Positions 1 to 11,933 of a stretch of DNA of 64,000 bases are shown here, piece after piece. The stretch spans positions 13,312-77,311 of the forward strand of contig JAHWGK010000003.1 of assembly GCA_020054495.1 (NCBI GenBank), written 5' to 3'. Origin of the DNA: Thermoplasmata archaeon (GTDB lineage Archaea > Thermoplasmatota > E2 > DHVEG-1). Position 1 is the first letter of the stretch; every line of letters starts with the position of its first letter. A program made the translations under genes and the position numbers. The notes under the pieces were generated by a model. That model saw only the letters and a program-made list of their open reading frames with translations, was not told the origin of the DNA and made no database searches.

Positions 1-253
1 TAACAACCTTTGGTAGAACTGGATTACCTGGATTCATTAAATAAGAGGATGTATCCTTAAGATTAACCTCAAAATATTCATTGTCATGCTCTTCTATGAT
101 TATTGGTGAAAACGTAAATGTATCTATCTCAGATTTTCTAGTGGCATTATCATTGTTAAAATTACTAATGTTTAAATCATTGGTTACTGCAACTGCTCCA
201 AGTCCACTTAGGATTAAAAATCCTATTACCATAATTGGTAAAATTTTTTTCAT
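1..253 (-). CDS. Secreted protein, N-terminal fragment only (gene runs off the left edge); resembles the propeptide end of C25/gingipain-like peptidases
   Basis: Reverse-strand ATG at 253 gives MKKILPIMVIGFLILSGLGAVAVT... (signal peptide), open to position 1. The segment ...LMNPGNPVLPKVV resembles ...LLVPGKPNLPSKIF of the C25 peptidase at 26138. It is absent from the ORF track because no stop lies in the window. Confidence 0.4.
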   Translation of the reverse strand, partial: MKKILPIMVIGFLILSGLGAVAVTNDLNISNFNNDNATRKSEIDTFTFSPIIIEEHDNEYFEVNLKDTSSYLMNPGNPVLPKVV

Positions 254-368
254 ATTTTTTCAAACCCCCAGTGTATATAATATTAACTTGTACAGTATAT
301 AAATGTTTTTAAAAAATTTATTAAAAAATAACAAATTCTCCATCAAATGCTTCGATATCGTTAGAATA

Positions 369-700
369 TTATTGACTTTTTAGAACTTGGCAATTATTGA
401 ATTCACCCAAACCGGGATAATCTTTTGGATAACGCTGTATTTTAAACACTGCATTTAAATCAAAAATTTGGAATGAAAATAGAAAACAATTTTTATATTT
501 CCAAACGATTTCTTTATCAGGAGTTACTTAAAAAAGATACCCTTTCTTCCACTGCAAATAAGTGTATTTCCATTTGGAAGTCGCTGGGCACCTGAAACAT
601 AATATGAATAAAAATCAGATGAATTTTCTGCTTTATATATCCAGACAGGTGCTTCTGGACCATAAAAAGATTCCGGTTCTAAGTAATAAAAAGAGACTAA
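369..700 (-). pseudogene. Remnant of an arylsulfotransferase (ASST)-family beta-propeller gene: C-terminal ~100 codons with a frameshift
   Basis: Reverse strand reads ...YGPEAPVWIYKAENSSDFYSYYVSGAQRLPNGNTLICSGRKGIFFK(stop). One frame over it continues TPDKEIVWKYKN...FKIQRYPKDYPGLGEF...(stop at 369-371). GAQRLPNGNTLI and RYP.DYPG are motifs I associate with ASST-family C-termini. No N-terminal part exists and the remnant abuts the tbp stop. Confidence 0.4.
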
Positions 701-715
701 AAGGAGAAAAACTCC

Positions 716-1267
716 TTACTTCCTTATAAGATCTAGGGAGCTAAGTTCTGCTAATAACTTGTCAACAGCTAATGATACATCCTCTGTTTGTTTTGCACCA
801 GTGCAGACAATCTTTCCAGAGCCAAATAAGAGCATTGCTACTTTAGGGTCCTTAATTCGATAAACAAGTCCCGGGAACTGTTCTGGCTCATATTCAACGT
901 TTTCCAACCCCAGGCCCATTGCTACCTCATTGAGGTTAAGCTCTGTACCTAAGTCAGATATGGCTACGATATTCTGAATAACAATCTTAAGATCCTTATA
1001 TACGTCTACGCCTAGCTTCTTGAGTTTCTCTGCTATTATATCCACTGTTTTACGTACGTCTTCAATATTCTTTGCGCCTGTACAATTAGCTTTGCCGCTT
1101 CTAAACAATAGTGTTGCTGTTTTTGGTTCACTTATTCGATAAACAAGTCCAGGGAACTGTTCTGGCTCATATTCTGCCTCTTCTAATGACTGAGCTATTA
1201 CGTCTAAATCTAATTTATCTGCAAAAGATGTAGACGCTACTATATTTTCTACTCTTATTTCTGGCAT
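716..1267 (-). CDS. tbp: TATA-box binding protein
   Basis: 183 aa with two symmetric repeats, each carrying YEPEQFPGLVYR...LLF.SGK..CTGAK. Confidence 0.95.
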   Translation of the reverse strand: MPEIRVENIVASTSFADKLDLDVIAQSLEEAEYEPEQFPGLVYRISEPKTATLLFRSGKANCTGAKNIEDVRKTVDIIAEKLKKLGVDVYKDLKIVIQNIVAISDLGTELNLNEVAMGLGLENVEYEPEQFPGLVYRIKDPKVAMLLFGSGKIVCTGAKQTEDVSLAVDKLLAELSSLDLIRK

Positions 1268-1284
1268 AATTTTTTTTCTCCTTT

Positions 1285-1833
1285 CTATATTAATACGCCC
1301 AATGATGAAAGCTTTTCTTTCATCATTTCAATCGCATTGGATGCATCTTCAATATTTTTAGTTCCTGAGCATATGATTTTTCCGGAACTGAAGAGAAGCA
1401 ACGACGCGCCAATGTCATTCATTCTATAAATCAAACCTGGGAATTGTTTAGGTTCGTAATCCACGTTTTCCAACAATAAACCCATGGATATTGAACTTAG
1501 ATCTAATTCTTTTTTAAGATCTAATGAAGCAATAATATTTTGCGTTTCTACCTTAAATTTTTTATTTAGCTTTATTCCAATTTCACCTATCTTATTTACT
1601 AATTTTTTTATCGATGCTTCAGCATCATTAATTTTTTTGGCACCTGTGCAAATGGCTTTTCCGTTGGGGAGAAGTAAAACAGCAGTTTTTAGGTCATCTA
1701 GTTTCAATGTCAAACCTGAAAATTCATCAGGATTATATTTGAACTCCGGTGATTTTTCAGCTATCTTTTTTATATCTAAACCATCTGATATCTGAGCATA
1801 AGCAACGATGTTCTCAATTGTTATGTCTGTCAT
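1285..1833 (-). CDS. TATA-box binding protein paralogue (divergent N-terminal repeat)
   Basis: 182 aa. The C-terminal repeat is canonical (YEPKQFPGLIYR...LLLFSSGKIICSGTK). The N-terminal repeat reads YNPDEFSGLTLKL...VLLLPNGKAICTGAK. A GGGAGG RBS lies at about 1845-1850 and the gene sits 17 bp upstream of tbp. Confidence 0.9.
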   Translation of the reverse strand: MTDITIENIVAYAQISDGLDIKKIAEKSPEFKYNPDEFSGLTLKLDDLKTAVLLLPNGKAICTGAKKINDAEASIKKLVNKIGEIGIKLNKKFKVETQNIIASLDLKKELDLSSISMGLLLENVDYEPKQFPGLIYRMNDIGASLLLFSSGKIICSGTKNIEDASNAIEMMKEKLSSLGVLI

Positions 1834-1860
1834 ATAATACTATGCCTCCCTTCTGCGAGT

Positions 1861-1880
1861 ATATAAAGGCTTTTTATAAA
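1861..1880 (-). promoter_or_regulatory. Candidate TATA box(es) for the tandem TBP operon
   Basis: Reverse strand reads TTTATAAAAAGCCTTTATAT, 30-45 nt upstream of the ATG at 1833. Confidence 0.3.
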
Positions 1881-1921
1881 CGTTTCGTTTCTCTAAAGGA
1901 GAAAATTAGTAGTATAGAGAT

Positions 1922-2620
1922 TCACCAAATATCATCAATATCTAGATCACTATCTTTTTTCTTTGTTTCTGTTTTCTTTTTACGTCCATTGACTCTATCA
2001 AGCATACCACAGAATTCATCAGTACGATATTCAATACGTCGCTCACAGCTAGCAACAGCCAACTCTCCTCTTGTTTTTTCTATCAAACCTCTTACCATAT
2101 CTTGTTTTTTCTTTATGGGGATTAGTCCTGATGGATAATCAAAACGAATAATGACATTATAAATTTCTTCCATCATGTTTAAGCATTCATCTGCATTTTT
2201 TGTATCTGCTGAACGTATGGAATCCAATGTAGTTCTTCTTAACTCGCCTACTAGGTCACAAAGCCCCAAAAGATACGAGCTATATGTAGTCTGAAGTTCA
2301 TCTGGATCTGGCAAACTCTTACCTTTCATAATATTATAAAGACAATGAGCCTCCACTAACTCCTGAGCAGCATTTTCAACAAAACCAGCATGATATAATT
2401 CAGGATAATCTCTTGTTAAACTATATAAATCTTGAAGTTTATCAGAAGCCTTTTTAATATAGCTCTTTGCATCCTTCGTCAAATCCTGATGAATGCATTG
2501 AATAGCTTTTCTACATCGAATAATAATTTCCCGTGAAGATCTCAGTGCTTGCTCACGAATTTTATCTTTGCCGTTAATGCTTTTCTCTATTTTATTAACA
2601 ATTTTATCTAAATTTTTCAT
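1922..2620 (-). CDS. Translin-family protein (archaeal, COG2178-like)
   Basis: 232 aa, helical. It has the YLLGLCDLVGELRR motif typical of translin/TRAX and a charged K/D-rich C-terminal tail. Confidence 0.6.
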   Translation of the reverse strand: MKNLDKIVNKIEKSINGKDKIREQALRSSREIIIRCRKAIQCIHQDLTKDAKSYIKKASDKLQDLYSLTRDYPELYHAGFVENAAQELVEAHCLYNIMKGKSLPDPDELQTTYSSYLLGLCDLVGELRRTTLDSIRSADTKNADECLNMMEEIYNVIIRFDYPSGLIPIKKKQDMVRGLIEKTRGELAVASCERRIEYRTDEFCGMLDRVNGRKKKTETKKKDSDLDIDDIW

Positions 2621-2659
2621 TGTATCTTCAAGAAACTCCTTATAGTTATATTTTTTCCT

Positions 2660-3616
2660 TTACATGAATTTTTTGTTTACCCAAAACTCAGCTTCCTTGC
2701 CATCTAACACTTTAATAATCTGCTCTGCACACACAGTTCCGGCTCGAATCTGCCCCTCTTTTGTGTTTGCTCCGATATGTGGAGTTAACACTACGTTTTC
2801 AAGCTGTAGTAGGGGACTATCTTTTGGCGGCTCATTTTCAAACACATCTATTCCAGCACCCCCTATCTTACCATTTTTCAAAGCCTCATAGAGTGCTTTT
2901 TCATCAACGGTTCCACCTCGGGAACAATTGATGAGATATGCGGATGGTTTCATTTTTGAGATCATCTCTTTGTTTACAATATGGTGGGTCTCTGGAATGT
3001 GTGGAAGATGAAGAGAGATAAAATCTGTCTTTTCCATCAGTTTTGCTAGCTCATCTATTTTTACAATCTTATCTTTTTTCATGTCCTCTCTTGAAATGAA
3101 TGGATCATAACCAATGACATTCATGCCGAATGCTTGTGCAAATGTCCCTGTTAGCCTCCCGATATTGCCACAACCAATGAGGCCAAGTGTTTTACCACCA
3201 AGTTCATTGCCTTTGAGTTGCTTCTTTGCCCATTCTCCTTTTTTCATTGTCATATCTGCTTTTGGAAGGTGTCGGGACAGTGCTAACATATGGCCAATTG
3301 CCAATTCTGCCACACTTGCTGTGGAGCCGGCAGGAGCATTTACTACAGGGATGCCATGTTTTGCCGCGGTTTCAATGTCGACATTATCAACACCGATTCC
3401 TGCTCTGCCGATAACTTTTAAATTTCCATTTGCTCCTGCTTCTACTATTTCCTTGACTGCTTTTGTCCTCCCTCTAACCATTAGCGCATTATAATTCGGA
3501 ATTTCCCTGAGAAGCGTATCATGATCCATTTCATCATATGTAACTTCATGACCTGCATCTTTTAAAACCTGTAAAGCTTCCTCAGCTGATTTATCTGTTA
3601 CCAATACTTTCATCAT
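2660..3616 (-). CDS. serA: D-3-phosphoglycerate dehydrogenase-type 2-hydroxyacid dehydrogenase (short form, no ACT domain)
   Basis: MKVLVTD start, RAGIGVDNVDI, GLIGCGNIGR NAD-binding loop, and catalytic region ...SRGG..DE.AL...L...GAGIDVFE.EP. Confidence 0.75.
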   Translation of the reverse strand: MMKVLVTDKSAEEALQVLKDAGHEVTYDEMDHDTLLREIPNYNALMVRGRTKAVKEIVEAGANGNLKVIGRAGIGVDNVDIETAAKHGIPVVNAPAGSTASVAELAIGHMLALSRHLPKADMTMKKGEWAKKQLKGNELGGKTLGLIGCGNIGRLTGTFAQAFGMNVIGYDPFISREDMKKDKIVKIDELAKLMEKTDFISLHLPHIPETHHIVNKEMISKMKPSAYLINCSRGGTVDEKALYEALKNGKIGGAGIDVFENEPPKDSPLLQLENVVLTPHIGANTKEGQIRAGTVCAEQIIKVLDGKEAEFWVNKKFM

Positions 3617-3656
3617 AATTCCCCGATTCCTGATATATAAAAGGGCCTAAAAACAT

Positions 3657-5825
<2,169 letters not shown>

Positions 5826-5829
<4 letters not shown>

Positions 5830-7133
5830 AAGCAAAATTCTCTTTATTTTTTCTTTTTCTTTTTTCAATTTTTTTATCATTTAATACTATTGCTCAAAAC
5901 TCAAATGTACTTATTGTTGAAATTTCGGATACAATTGATCAATCAACTGTTGAGATTATAAAAGAAAGTTTTGAACAAGCAAAAAATGAAAATTCAGAAG
6001 CAATAATACTGTTATTAGATACTCCCGGAGGCGGCCTTCAGCAGACTTTTGAAATTGCAGATATGATAAATGAAAGTAAAATCCCTGTTATAGGTTATGT
6101 TTACCCAACTGGATCGACTGCATGGTCAGCTGGAACGTTTATTTTAATGAGCACCCACATTGCTGCTATGGCTGATTATACAGTAATTGGCTCATGTCAG
6201 CCTGTTGAAATTACTGCTGAAGGTACAAAATATATAACGGAATCTAAAATCATTAACGCACTTGTAAGCTGGATTCAAACTCGGGCAGAGATGTTTGGGA
6301 GAAATAAAACAATTGTTGCAAAATTTGTTACTGAAAATCTAAATTTAAATGCAACTCTTGCAAAAGAATATGGTGTGATTGAATATGTTTCACCTTCGAT
6401 AGGACAATTATTGAAAGATATTAACGGATCATCTGTTCCAACATCAGAGGGTATTAAAGTAATTGACACGACTAATGCAAAGCAGATAATTCACTCTCCA
6501 TCTTTAAAAACCTTAATTATAAAATTTTTTTCAAATCCAATACTAACATCACTTTTGCTCATGCTTGGAATATTTGCGTTAATATTTGGAATTTCGTCAC
6601 CTGGATTTGGAGCTGAAGTATTTGGAGTGGTTGCAATTTTACTATCTCTCGTTGGATCCGGATTTGCAATACCTACTTTAACCATAATCTTTATAATTAT
6701 CGGATGTTTACTACTCATCATAGAAATATTTGTAACACCTGGATTTGGAGTAATAGGTATTAGTGGCGTTATCCTACTATTGATAGGTGCAATATTTCTA
6801 ATACCTAGTTATTCAACGACAGGATGGGCGATATCAATGGATTGGATAAATGACGCAATAATAATTTTAGTAGTTGTGGCAGTAATTATTGCAATATTTT
6901 TTATATTTTTATTGTACAAAATCATTGAAATTAGAACAAAAAAAGCAGCAGTAGGGACTTTTGCGGGTGAAAAGGCTAAAACAGTTGATAGAATAACACC
7001 TGACAAACAAGGTTACGTTCGTTTTAAGGGTGAATTATGGCAGGCAACATCAGATACAACAATTGAGGCAAACACAAAAGTAATTATTGTAGATAAGGAC
7101 GGATCAACTTTGAAGGTAAAGCCAAAAGAATAG
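5826..7133 (+). CDS. NfeD-family membrane-bound ClpP-class serine protease (stomatin operon partner)
   Basis: ATGA overlap with the stomatin gene. Signal peptide, ClpP-like domain (LDTPGG), multi-TM block, and C-terminal OB-like domain (GYVRFKGELWQA). Confidence 0.85.
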
Positions 7134-7180
7134 TAACCAAACATTAATCAACCCTTTTCTTCTTTTCCGGTCTGAGTTTA

Positions 7181-8425
7181 ATGAACAATGATGTCAAAAT
7201 TCAGTTCCTTGGCGGCGTTGAAGAAGTAGGAAGATTAGCAATGGTGCTTGAAACAGGCGATATTAAATTACTTTTTGAATATGGTATGTCTCCAGGTAAA
7301 CCTCCTGCTTACCCACTGCCGGCTCCACCTGTTGATTTAATTTTACTAACGCATGCTCATCTTGATCATTCTGGAATGATTCCTTGGCTTTTTTCTCAAA
7401 ACGGTCAAAAAATTCTGACAACACCGCTAACAGGAGAAATCATAAATTTGTTACATAAGGACTCGATTAAAATTGCAAAAAGTGAAGGGTATGCTAGCCC
7501 ATACAGTAGCTCTGATGTGAATGAGGCTAAAAAAAACATTATACCAATAGAGCCAACACAAAAAAGAAAAATTGGACATGATTGGGAAGTTTTATTTCAT
7601 TCTGCAGGACACATACCCGGCTCACTTATGTTTGAGCTAGTTGGAGCTAAAAAAATCTTGTTTACAGGTGATTTTAACGTAGTTGATACAAGAGTTGTAA
7701 AAGGAATAAAACCTGTTGATTGCGATATTTTATTTTTGGAAGGCACATATGCTGGAAGGGATCATCCAAAAAAAAGAGAGGAGATAGAAAAAGATCTTTT
7801 AGATAAGATTGATGAGATTGTGAAAAGAGGTGGTATAGCAATATTGCCTGCTTTTGCTGTTTCCAGATCTCAAGAGCTTGCATTGGTACTCAGAAATTCA
7901 GGGTATAATGTATGGTTTGATGGGATGGGTAAAAAAGTCTCTAAGATGTTTTTAAAACATCAGAGGTATCTTAGATCTGCTGAAAACCTTAAAAAGGCCC
8001 TAAATAAAATAAATTTGGTCCATTCAGATCAAGGTAGAAAATTGGCATTGAAGGCAGATGTCATTATTACGTCAAGTGGTATGATGGATGGTGGACCTGT
8101 TTTAAACTATATGGGTAAGTTGAAAAACGATCCAAAAAGTGCAGTTTTGCTAACAGGGTATCAAGTCCCTGAAAGCAATGCTCGTTTACTTGTTGATAAA
8201 GGCAAACTTGATTTCTACGGTGTTAAAGAAAAAATAGAATGTGAAGTACAATATTATGACTTCTCAGCACATGCTGGACATGGCGAACTCATTGAGTTTG
8301 CTAAGAAATGTAACCCTGAAAAAATTGTTCTAATGCATAGTGATAATAGAGAAGCTCTTGTCGAACCATTAAAAGATGTTGCAGAAGTGTATAGCCCAAA
8401 AACTGGTGAAGTAGTAGAATTATAA
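7181..8425 (+). CDS. Beta-CASP metallo-beta-lactamase ribonuclease (aCPSF2-like, no KH domains)
   Basis: LTHAHLDHSG (HxHxDH) motif. The beta-CASP C-terminal part contains SAHAG and MHSD. Confidence 0.8.
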   Translation: MNNDVKIQFLGGVEEVGRLAMVLETGDIKLLFEYGMSPGKPPAYPLPAPPVDLILLTHAHLDHSGMIPWLFSQNGQKILTTPLTGEIINLLHKDSIKIAKSEGYASPYSSSDVNEAKKNIIPIEPTQKRKIGHDWEVLFHSAGHIPGSLMFELVGAKKILFTGDFNVVDTRVVKGIKPVDCDILFLEGTYAGRDHPKKREEIEKDLLDKIDEIVKRGGIAILPAFAVSRSQELALVLRNSGYNVWFDGMGKKVSKMFLKHQRYLRSAENLKKALNKINLVHSDQGRKLALKADVIITSSGMMDGGPVLNYMGKLKNDPKSAVLLTGYQVPESNARLLVDKGKLDFYGVKEKIECEVQYYDFSAHAGHGELIEFAKKCNPEKIVLMHSDNREALVEPLKDVAEVYSPKTGEVVEL

Positions 8426-8491
8426 CATCTGGATAAAACTTATATTTTCCATATATTTATTAAAATTGTTCGGAAAAAGGTGGAAACATAA

Positions 8492-9739
8492 ATGGCTGAA
8501 ATGACGCCAAGGGAAAAATATGTTCTTAAGCGAAAACTCGAGGAACTTAAAGCATGTAAAGGCAGACATACAGAATTAATCTCATTGTATATTCCCCCGA
8601 ATAAGCAAATATTTGATGTTAACGCATACCTTAAGAATGAATATTCTCAATCTCAAAATATTAAATCAAAGACAACTATGAAAAATGTGCTTTCTGCAAT
8701 AGAGTCTATTATGAGCAGGCTTAAACAATTTAAGCGACCTCCTGAGAATGGTTTGGTTTTTTTCGTTGGTCATAAAAGCGTTGGCAGTGATAAAACCGAG
8801 ATGGTTGCATATGTAATAGAGCCATCTACGCCTATTACCACGTTTCTTTACCGCTGTGATTCACTGTTTTATACTGAACCTCTTGAGCAAATGTTTATTG
8901 AAAAAGAAATTTTTGGACTTCTTTTGCTGGATCGAAGAGAATGCACAGTTGGTATATTGAAAGGAAATAGGGTGGAATTGCTTAAGTATATGACCTCTCA
9001 AGTTCCAGGTAAACATGGTAGAGGGGGCCAGTCTCAAAGAAGATTTGAACGTCTTACAGAGATTGCAGCTCATGAATGGTTTGTTAAATGTGGTGATAAA
9101 GCAAGTGAGATATTTCAAGCAGAAGAAGGCATTAAAGGAATCTTTGTTGGAGGTCCGGGCCCTACAAAACAGTATTTTGTTGATGAAAATTATCTTCATT
9201 ACGAGGTTCAAGATAAAATAATGGATACGTTTGATACAGGATATACAGATGAATATGGACTAAAGGAACTTGTTTCTGCCGCATCAGAGACAATGTCAGA
9301 ACTTAAAGTTTCAAAAGAAAAAAAGGTAATGAAACGATTTCTTAAAGAGGTTAAAAAAACTGAGGGGAGCCTAGCAGTTTATGGTGAGCAGCACGTTAGA
9401 AAAGCACTTGAAATGGGTGTTGTTGATACTCTTATTCTTTCAGAAAATTTGAGGAAATATAGGGTTAAATTAAAATGTCCATCATGTGAACACTCTGAAT
9501 CTCTAACTATTTCTGAGGAGGAATTAAAGGATTTCGCCCCTCCAGTTTGCTCAAAATGCAGTAATTCTTCTCCCATGGCAATAGAAATTAAATTGGATCT
9601 TATTGATGAATTATCAGATCTAGCAGAAAAGACCGGATGTAAAGCTGAGCTTATCTCAATTGGTAGTGAAGAAGGTGACTCTTTATATTCTGCGTTTAAC
9701 GGCATAGCCGGAATTTTAAGGTATCCTGTTGATATATAA
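8492..9739 (+). CDS. prf1: Peptide chain release factor aRF1
   Basis: NIKS motif (QSQNIKSKTT), GGQS motif (GRGGQSQRRF) and a C-terminal zinc-ribbon insert. An AGGTGG RBS lies upstream. Confidence 0.95.
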   Translation: MAEMTPREKYVLKRKLEELKACKGRHTELISLYIPPNKQIFDVNAYLKNEYSQSQNIKSKTTMKNVLSAIESIMSRLKQFKRPPENGLVFFVGHKSVGSDKTEMVAYVIEPSTPITTFLYRCDSLFYTEPLEQMFIEKEIFGLLLLDRRECTVGILKGNRVELLKYMTSQVPGKHGRGGQSQRRFERLTEIAAHEWFVKCGDKASEIFQAEEGIKGIFVGGPGPTKQYFVDENYLHYEVQDKIMDTFDTGYTDEYGLKELVSAASETMSELKVSKEKKVMKRFLKEVKKTEGSLAVYGEQHVRKALEMGVVDTLILSENLRKYRVKLKCPSCEHSESLTISEEELKDFAPPVCSKCSNSSPMAIEIKLDLIDELSDLAEKTGCKAELISIGSEEGDSLYSAFNGIAGILRYPVDI

Positions 9740-9754
9740 TATTATTACGATATT

Positions 9755-9775
9755 AAAAAAGAGAAATTCTTTTTT
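9755..9775 (+). terminator. A/T inverted repeat ending in an oligo-T run after prf1
   Basis: AAAAAAGAgaaatTCTTTTTT, 16 bp after the prf1 stop. Confidence 0.3.
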
Positions 9776-9863
9776 ATGTTATAATAAAATGTACAAAAAT
9801 TTCATTCATTAAAACCGATGGTTTTATAAATAATGAAATATATTAATAGTAAAGGTAGTTAAC

Positions 9864-11933
9864 ATGTCTTACAGAGAAGATTTTAAATCATTTATACCTG
9901 CGGATAAAAAGATACCAGAACTGACTATTAAAGCCGTTCTAGTAGGTGCTGTTCTTGCTATTATTTTAGGAGCGGCAAATGCATATCTTGGACTTTATGC
10001 AGGTATGACCGTTTCTGCGGTTATACCTGGAGCAGTAATGGCCTTTGCATTTCTAAAACCTTTTAAAGGAAATATTCTTGAAGTAAATATTGGTATGATG
10101 GGAGCTGCAGCAGGAGAAGCCCTTGCTGCTGGGATAATATTTACAATACCTGCTCTTGTTATTCTTGGAACATGGACTGAGATTCAATATATTGAGACTA
10201 CAATTATTGCATTTCTTGGAGGTGTTTTAGGTGTTTTATGGATGATACCTCTTAGAAAAGCATTAATTATTAAAACAGATCTGCCTTTCCCAGAAGGTAT
10301 AGCTGTTGCCGCTGTTTTAACAACAACGGTCGGCGGAGGAGAAAAAACTAAAGAAGAAAAAGGCACCGGAGTCAGCGGCATCTGGCTTGTTGTAGGTGTT
10401 CTTACTGCAGGATTATTCAAATTTGGACAGGTTGCCTTAAAAGCAGTTAGTGGCGCTGCTCATGGTATTATAAATATTGGTAAATATAACATTGGTGCTG
10501 GAGAGAGAACAGGTTATCTTTATGGTGGAGTTGCAGCATCTCCTGCACTACTCGGTGTTGGATGGATTATTGGACCAAGAATAGCATCTTTTGTTTTTGT
10601 AGGTGGATTACTTGGTTGGGTAATACTAACTCCTCTTATTGCACTTGCAACTGGTCTTCCGATGCCTGGTACTGATCCCGCCCTTACAGCACAACAGGCA
10701 GCAGACCAGTTAAAAGATGCTCTTGTTTTAGGGAATGGCAATCCAGAACTAGGTGCACAAATATGGGGTTTCTTCGAAATTTGGGGGAGCTACATACGAT
10801 ACATTGGTGTTGGTGCTATGGTTGTAGGAGGTCTCTATACAATCTTTAAGTTAAGAGCAAACCTTGCATCTGGATTAAGAGAGGCAATTATTGGAATTAA
10901 AGGAGGTCAAATTACAGCTAAAAAAAGAACTGCTCAAGATATGAACTTTAAATTTGTATTTCTTGCAATTGGTGCACTTACACTCCCTGTGTTTATTGTC
11001 TATGGTATGATATCTGATTTGTGGGCAATATCTGCATTTATGGCTGTGTTTGCAATACTCTTTGCATTTGTAGCCAGTGCAATAGCTGGCTATATGGCAG
11101 GATTACTTGGATCATCAAATAATCCTATATCTGGAGTTACTGTATCAGTTCTTTTAATCACCTGTCTTATTCTTCTAGGTTTTGGAGTTAGTGGCACTGG
11201 TGCTTTCGGTGTTGCTATCCTTATAGCCGCTGTTATTTGTTGTGCGGCAGCTATCTCTGGAGACGTGTTACAATCGATGTCTTGCGGTCAAATGATAGGT
11301 GCTACTCCAAGAAACCAACAGATTGCAGAAATGATAGGAGTACTAGCAGCAGCCCCTGTTTTAGCACTTGTAGTTCAAGCTCTCGACAAGGCATATAAAA
11401 TAGGTAGTCCTGATTTGGCTGCGCCTCAAGCTTTCCTCATGGCGGGAATTACAAAAGGTATTCTCACTGGTGAGATGGTATGGCCTTTTGTTCTTGCAGG
11501 GGCAGTTCTAGCGTTCGTCTTTATTTTAATTGATTTACCTGTGTTACCTGTTGCTATAGGTATCTATCTACCATTTACCCTGAGCGTTCCGATATTTAGT
11601 GGTGGTATCGTTAGACATGTCACCAACAAATTTATAGAAAAGAAATATGGAAGTGTTGATGAAGAAGAAGTTAGCGATTGGGAGTTAGCAATCAAGCAAA
11701 CAGACGTTAAACCAAAAGAAAAGATTATAAGAACCGGACTTCTTCTCACTGCTGGGCTTATAGCTGGAGAAGCACTGATGGGAGTTGTTGTTGCATTCCT
11801 AATAATTGGAGGAATAGACTTTGCAATATTTAACTACCCACCAATACTGCCTTCAATGCTCATATGGTTATTCATAGCAGGTCTCCTAGCATATATCCCG
11901 CTGAGGGAAATCTTTGCTAATAAGGAAAAATAA
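9864..11933 (+). CDS. OPT-family oligopeptide transporter
   Basis: 689 aa polytopic membrane protein. The N-terminal ELT.KAV..G..L....GAANAYLGLYAGMTVSA pattern is typical of the OPT family. Confidence 0.85.
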   Translation: MSYREDFKSFIPADKKIPELTIKAVLVGAVLAIILGAANAYLGLYAGMTVSAVIPGAVMAFAFLKPFKGNILEVNIGMMGAAAGEALAAGIIFTIPALVILGTWTEIQYIETTIIAFLGGVLGVLWMIPLRKALIIKTDLPFPEGIAVAAVLTTTVGGGEKTKEEKGTGVSGIWLVVGVLTAGLFKFGQVALKAVSGAAHGIINIGKYNIGAGERTGYLYGGVAASPALLGVGWIIGPRIASFVFVGGLLGWVILTPLIALATGLPMPGTDPALTAQQAADQLKDALVLGNGNPELGAQIWGFFEIWGSYIRYIGVGAMVVGGLYTIFKLRANLASGLREAIIGIKGGQITAKKRTAQDMNFKFVFLAIGALTLPVFIVYGMISDLWAISAFMAVFAILFAFVASAIAGYMAGLLGSSNNPISGVTVSVLLITCLILLGFGVSGTGAFGVAILIAAVICCAAAISGDVLQSMSCGQMIGATPRNQQIAEMIGVLAAAPVLALVVQALDKAYKIGSPDLAAPQAFLMAGITKGILTGEMVWPFVLAGAVLAFVFILIDLPVLPVAIGIYLPFTLSVPIFSGGIVRHVTNKFIEKKYGSVDEEEVSDWELAIKQTDVKPKEKIIRTGLLLTAGLIAGEALMGVVVAFLIIGGIDFAIFNYPPILPSMLIWLFIAGLLAYIPLREIFANKEK

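Noticed and set aside
81-302. 73-aa plus-strand ORF at the left edge
   Set aside because: It runs antisense to a much better reverse-strand reading frame, with an ATG at 253, a signal peptide and a C25-like N-terminus. The translation is low-complexity and no RBS is present.
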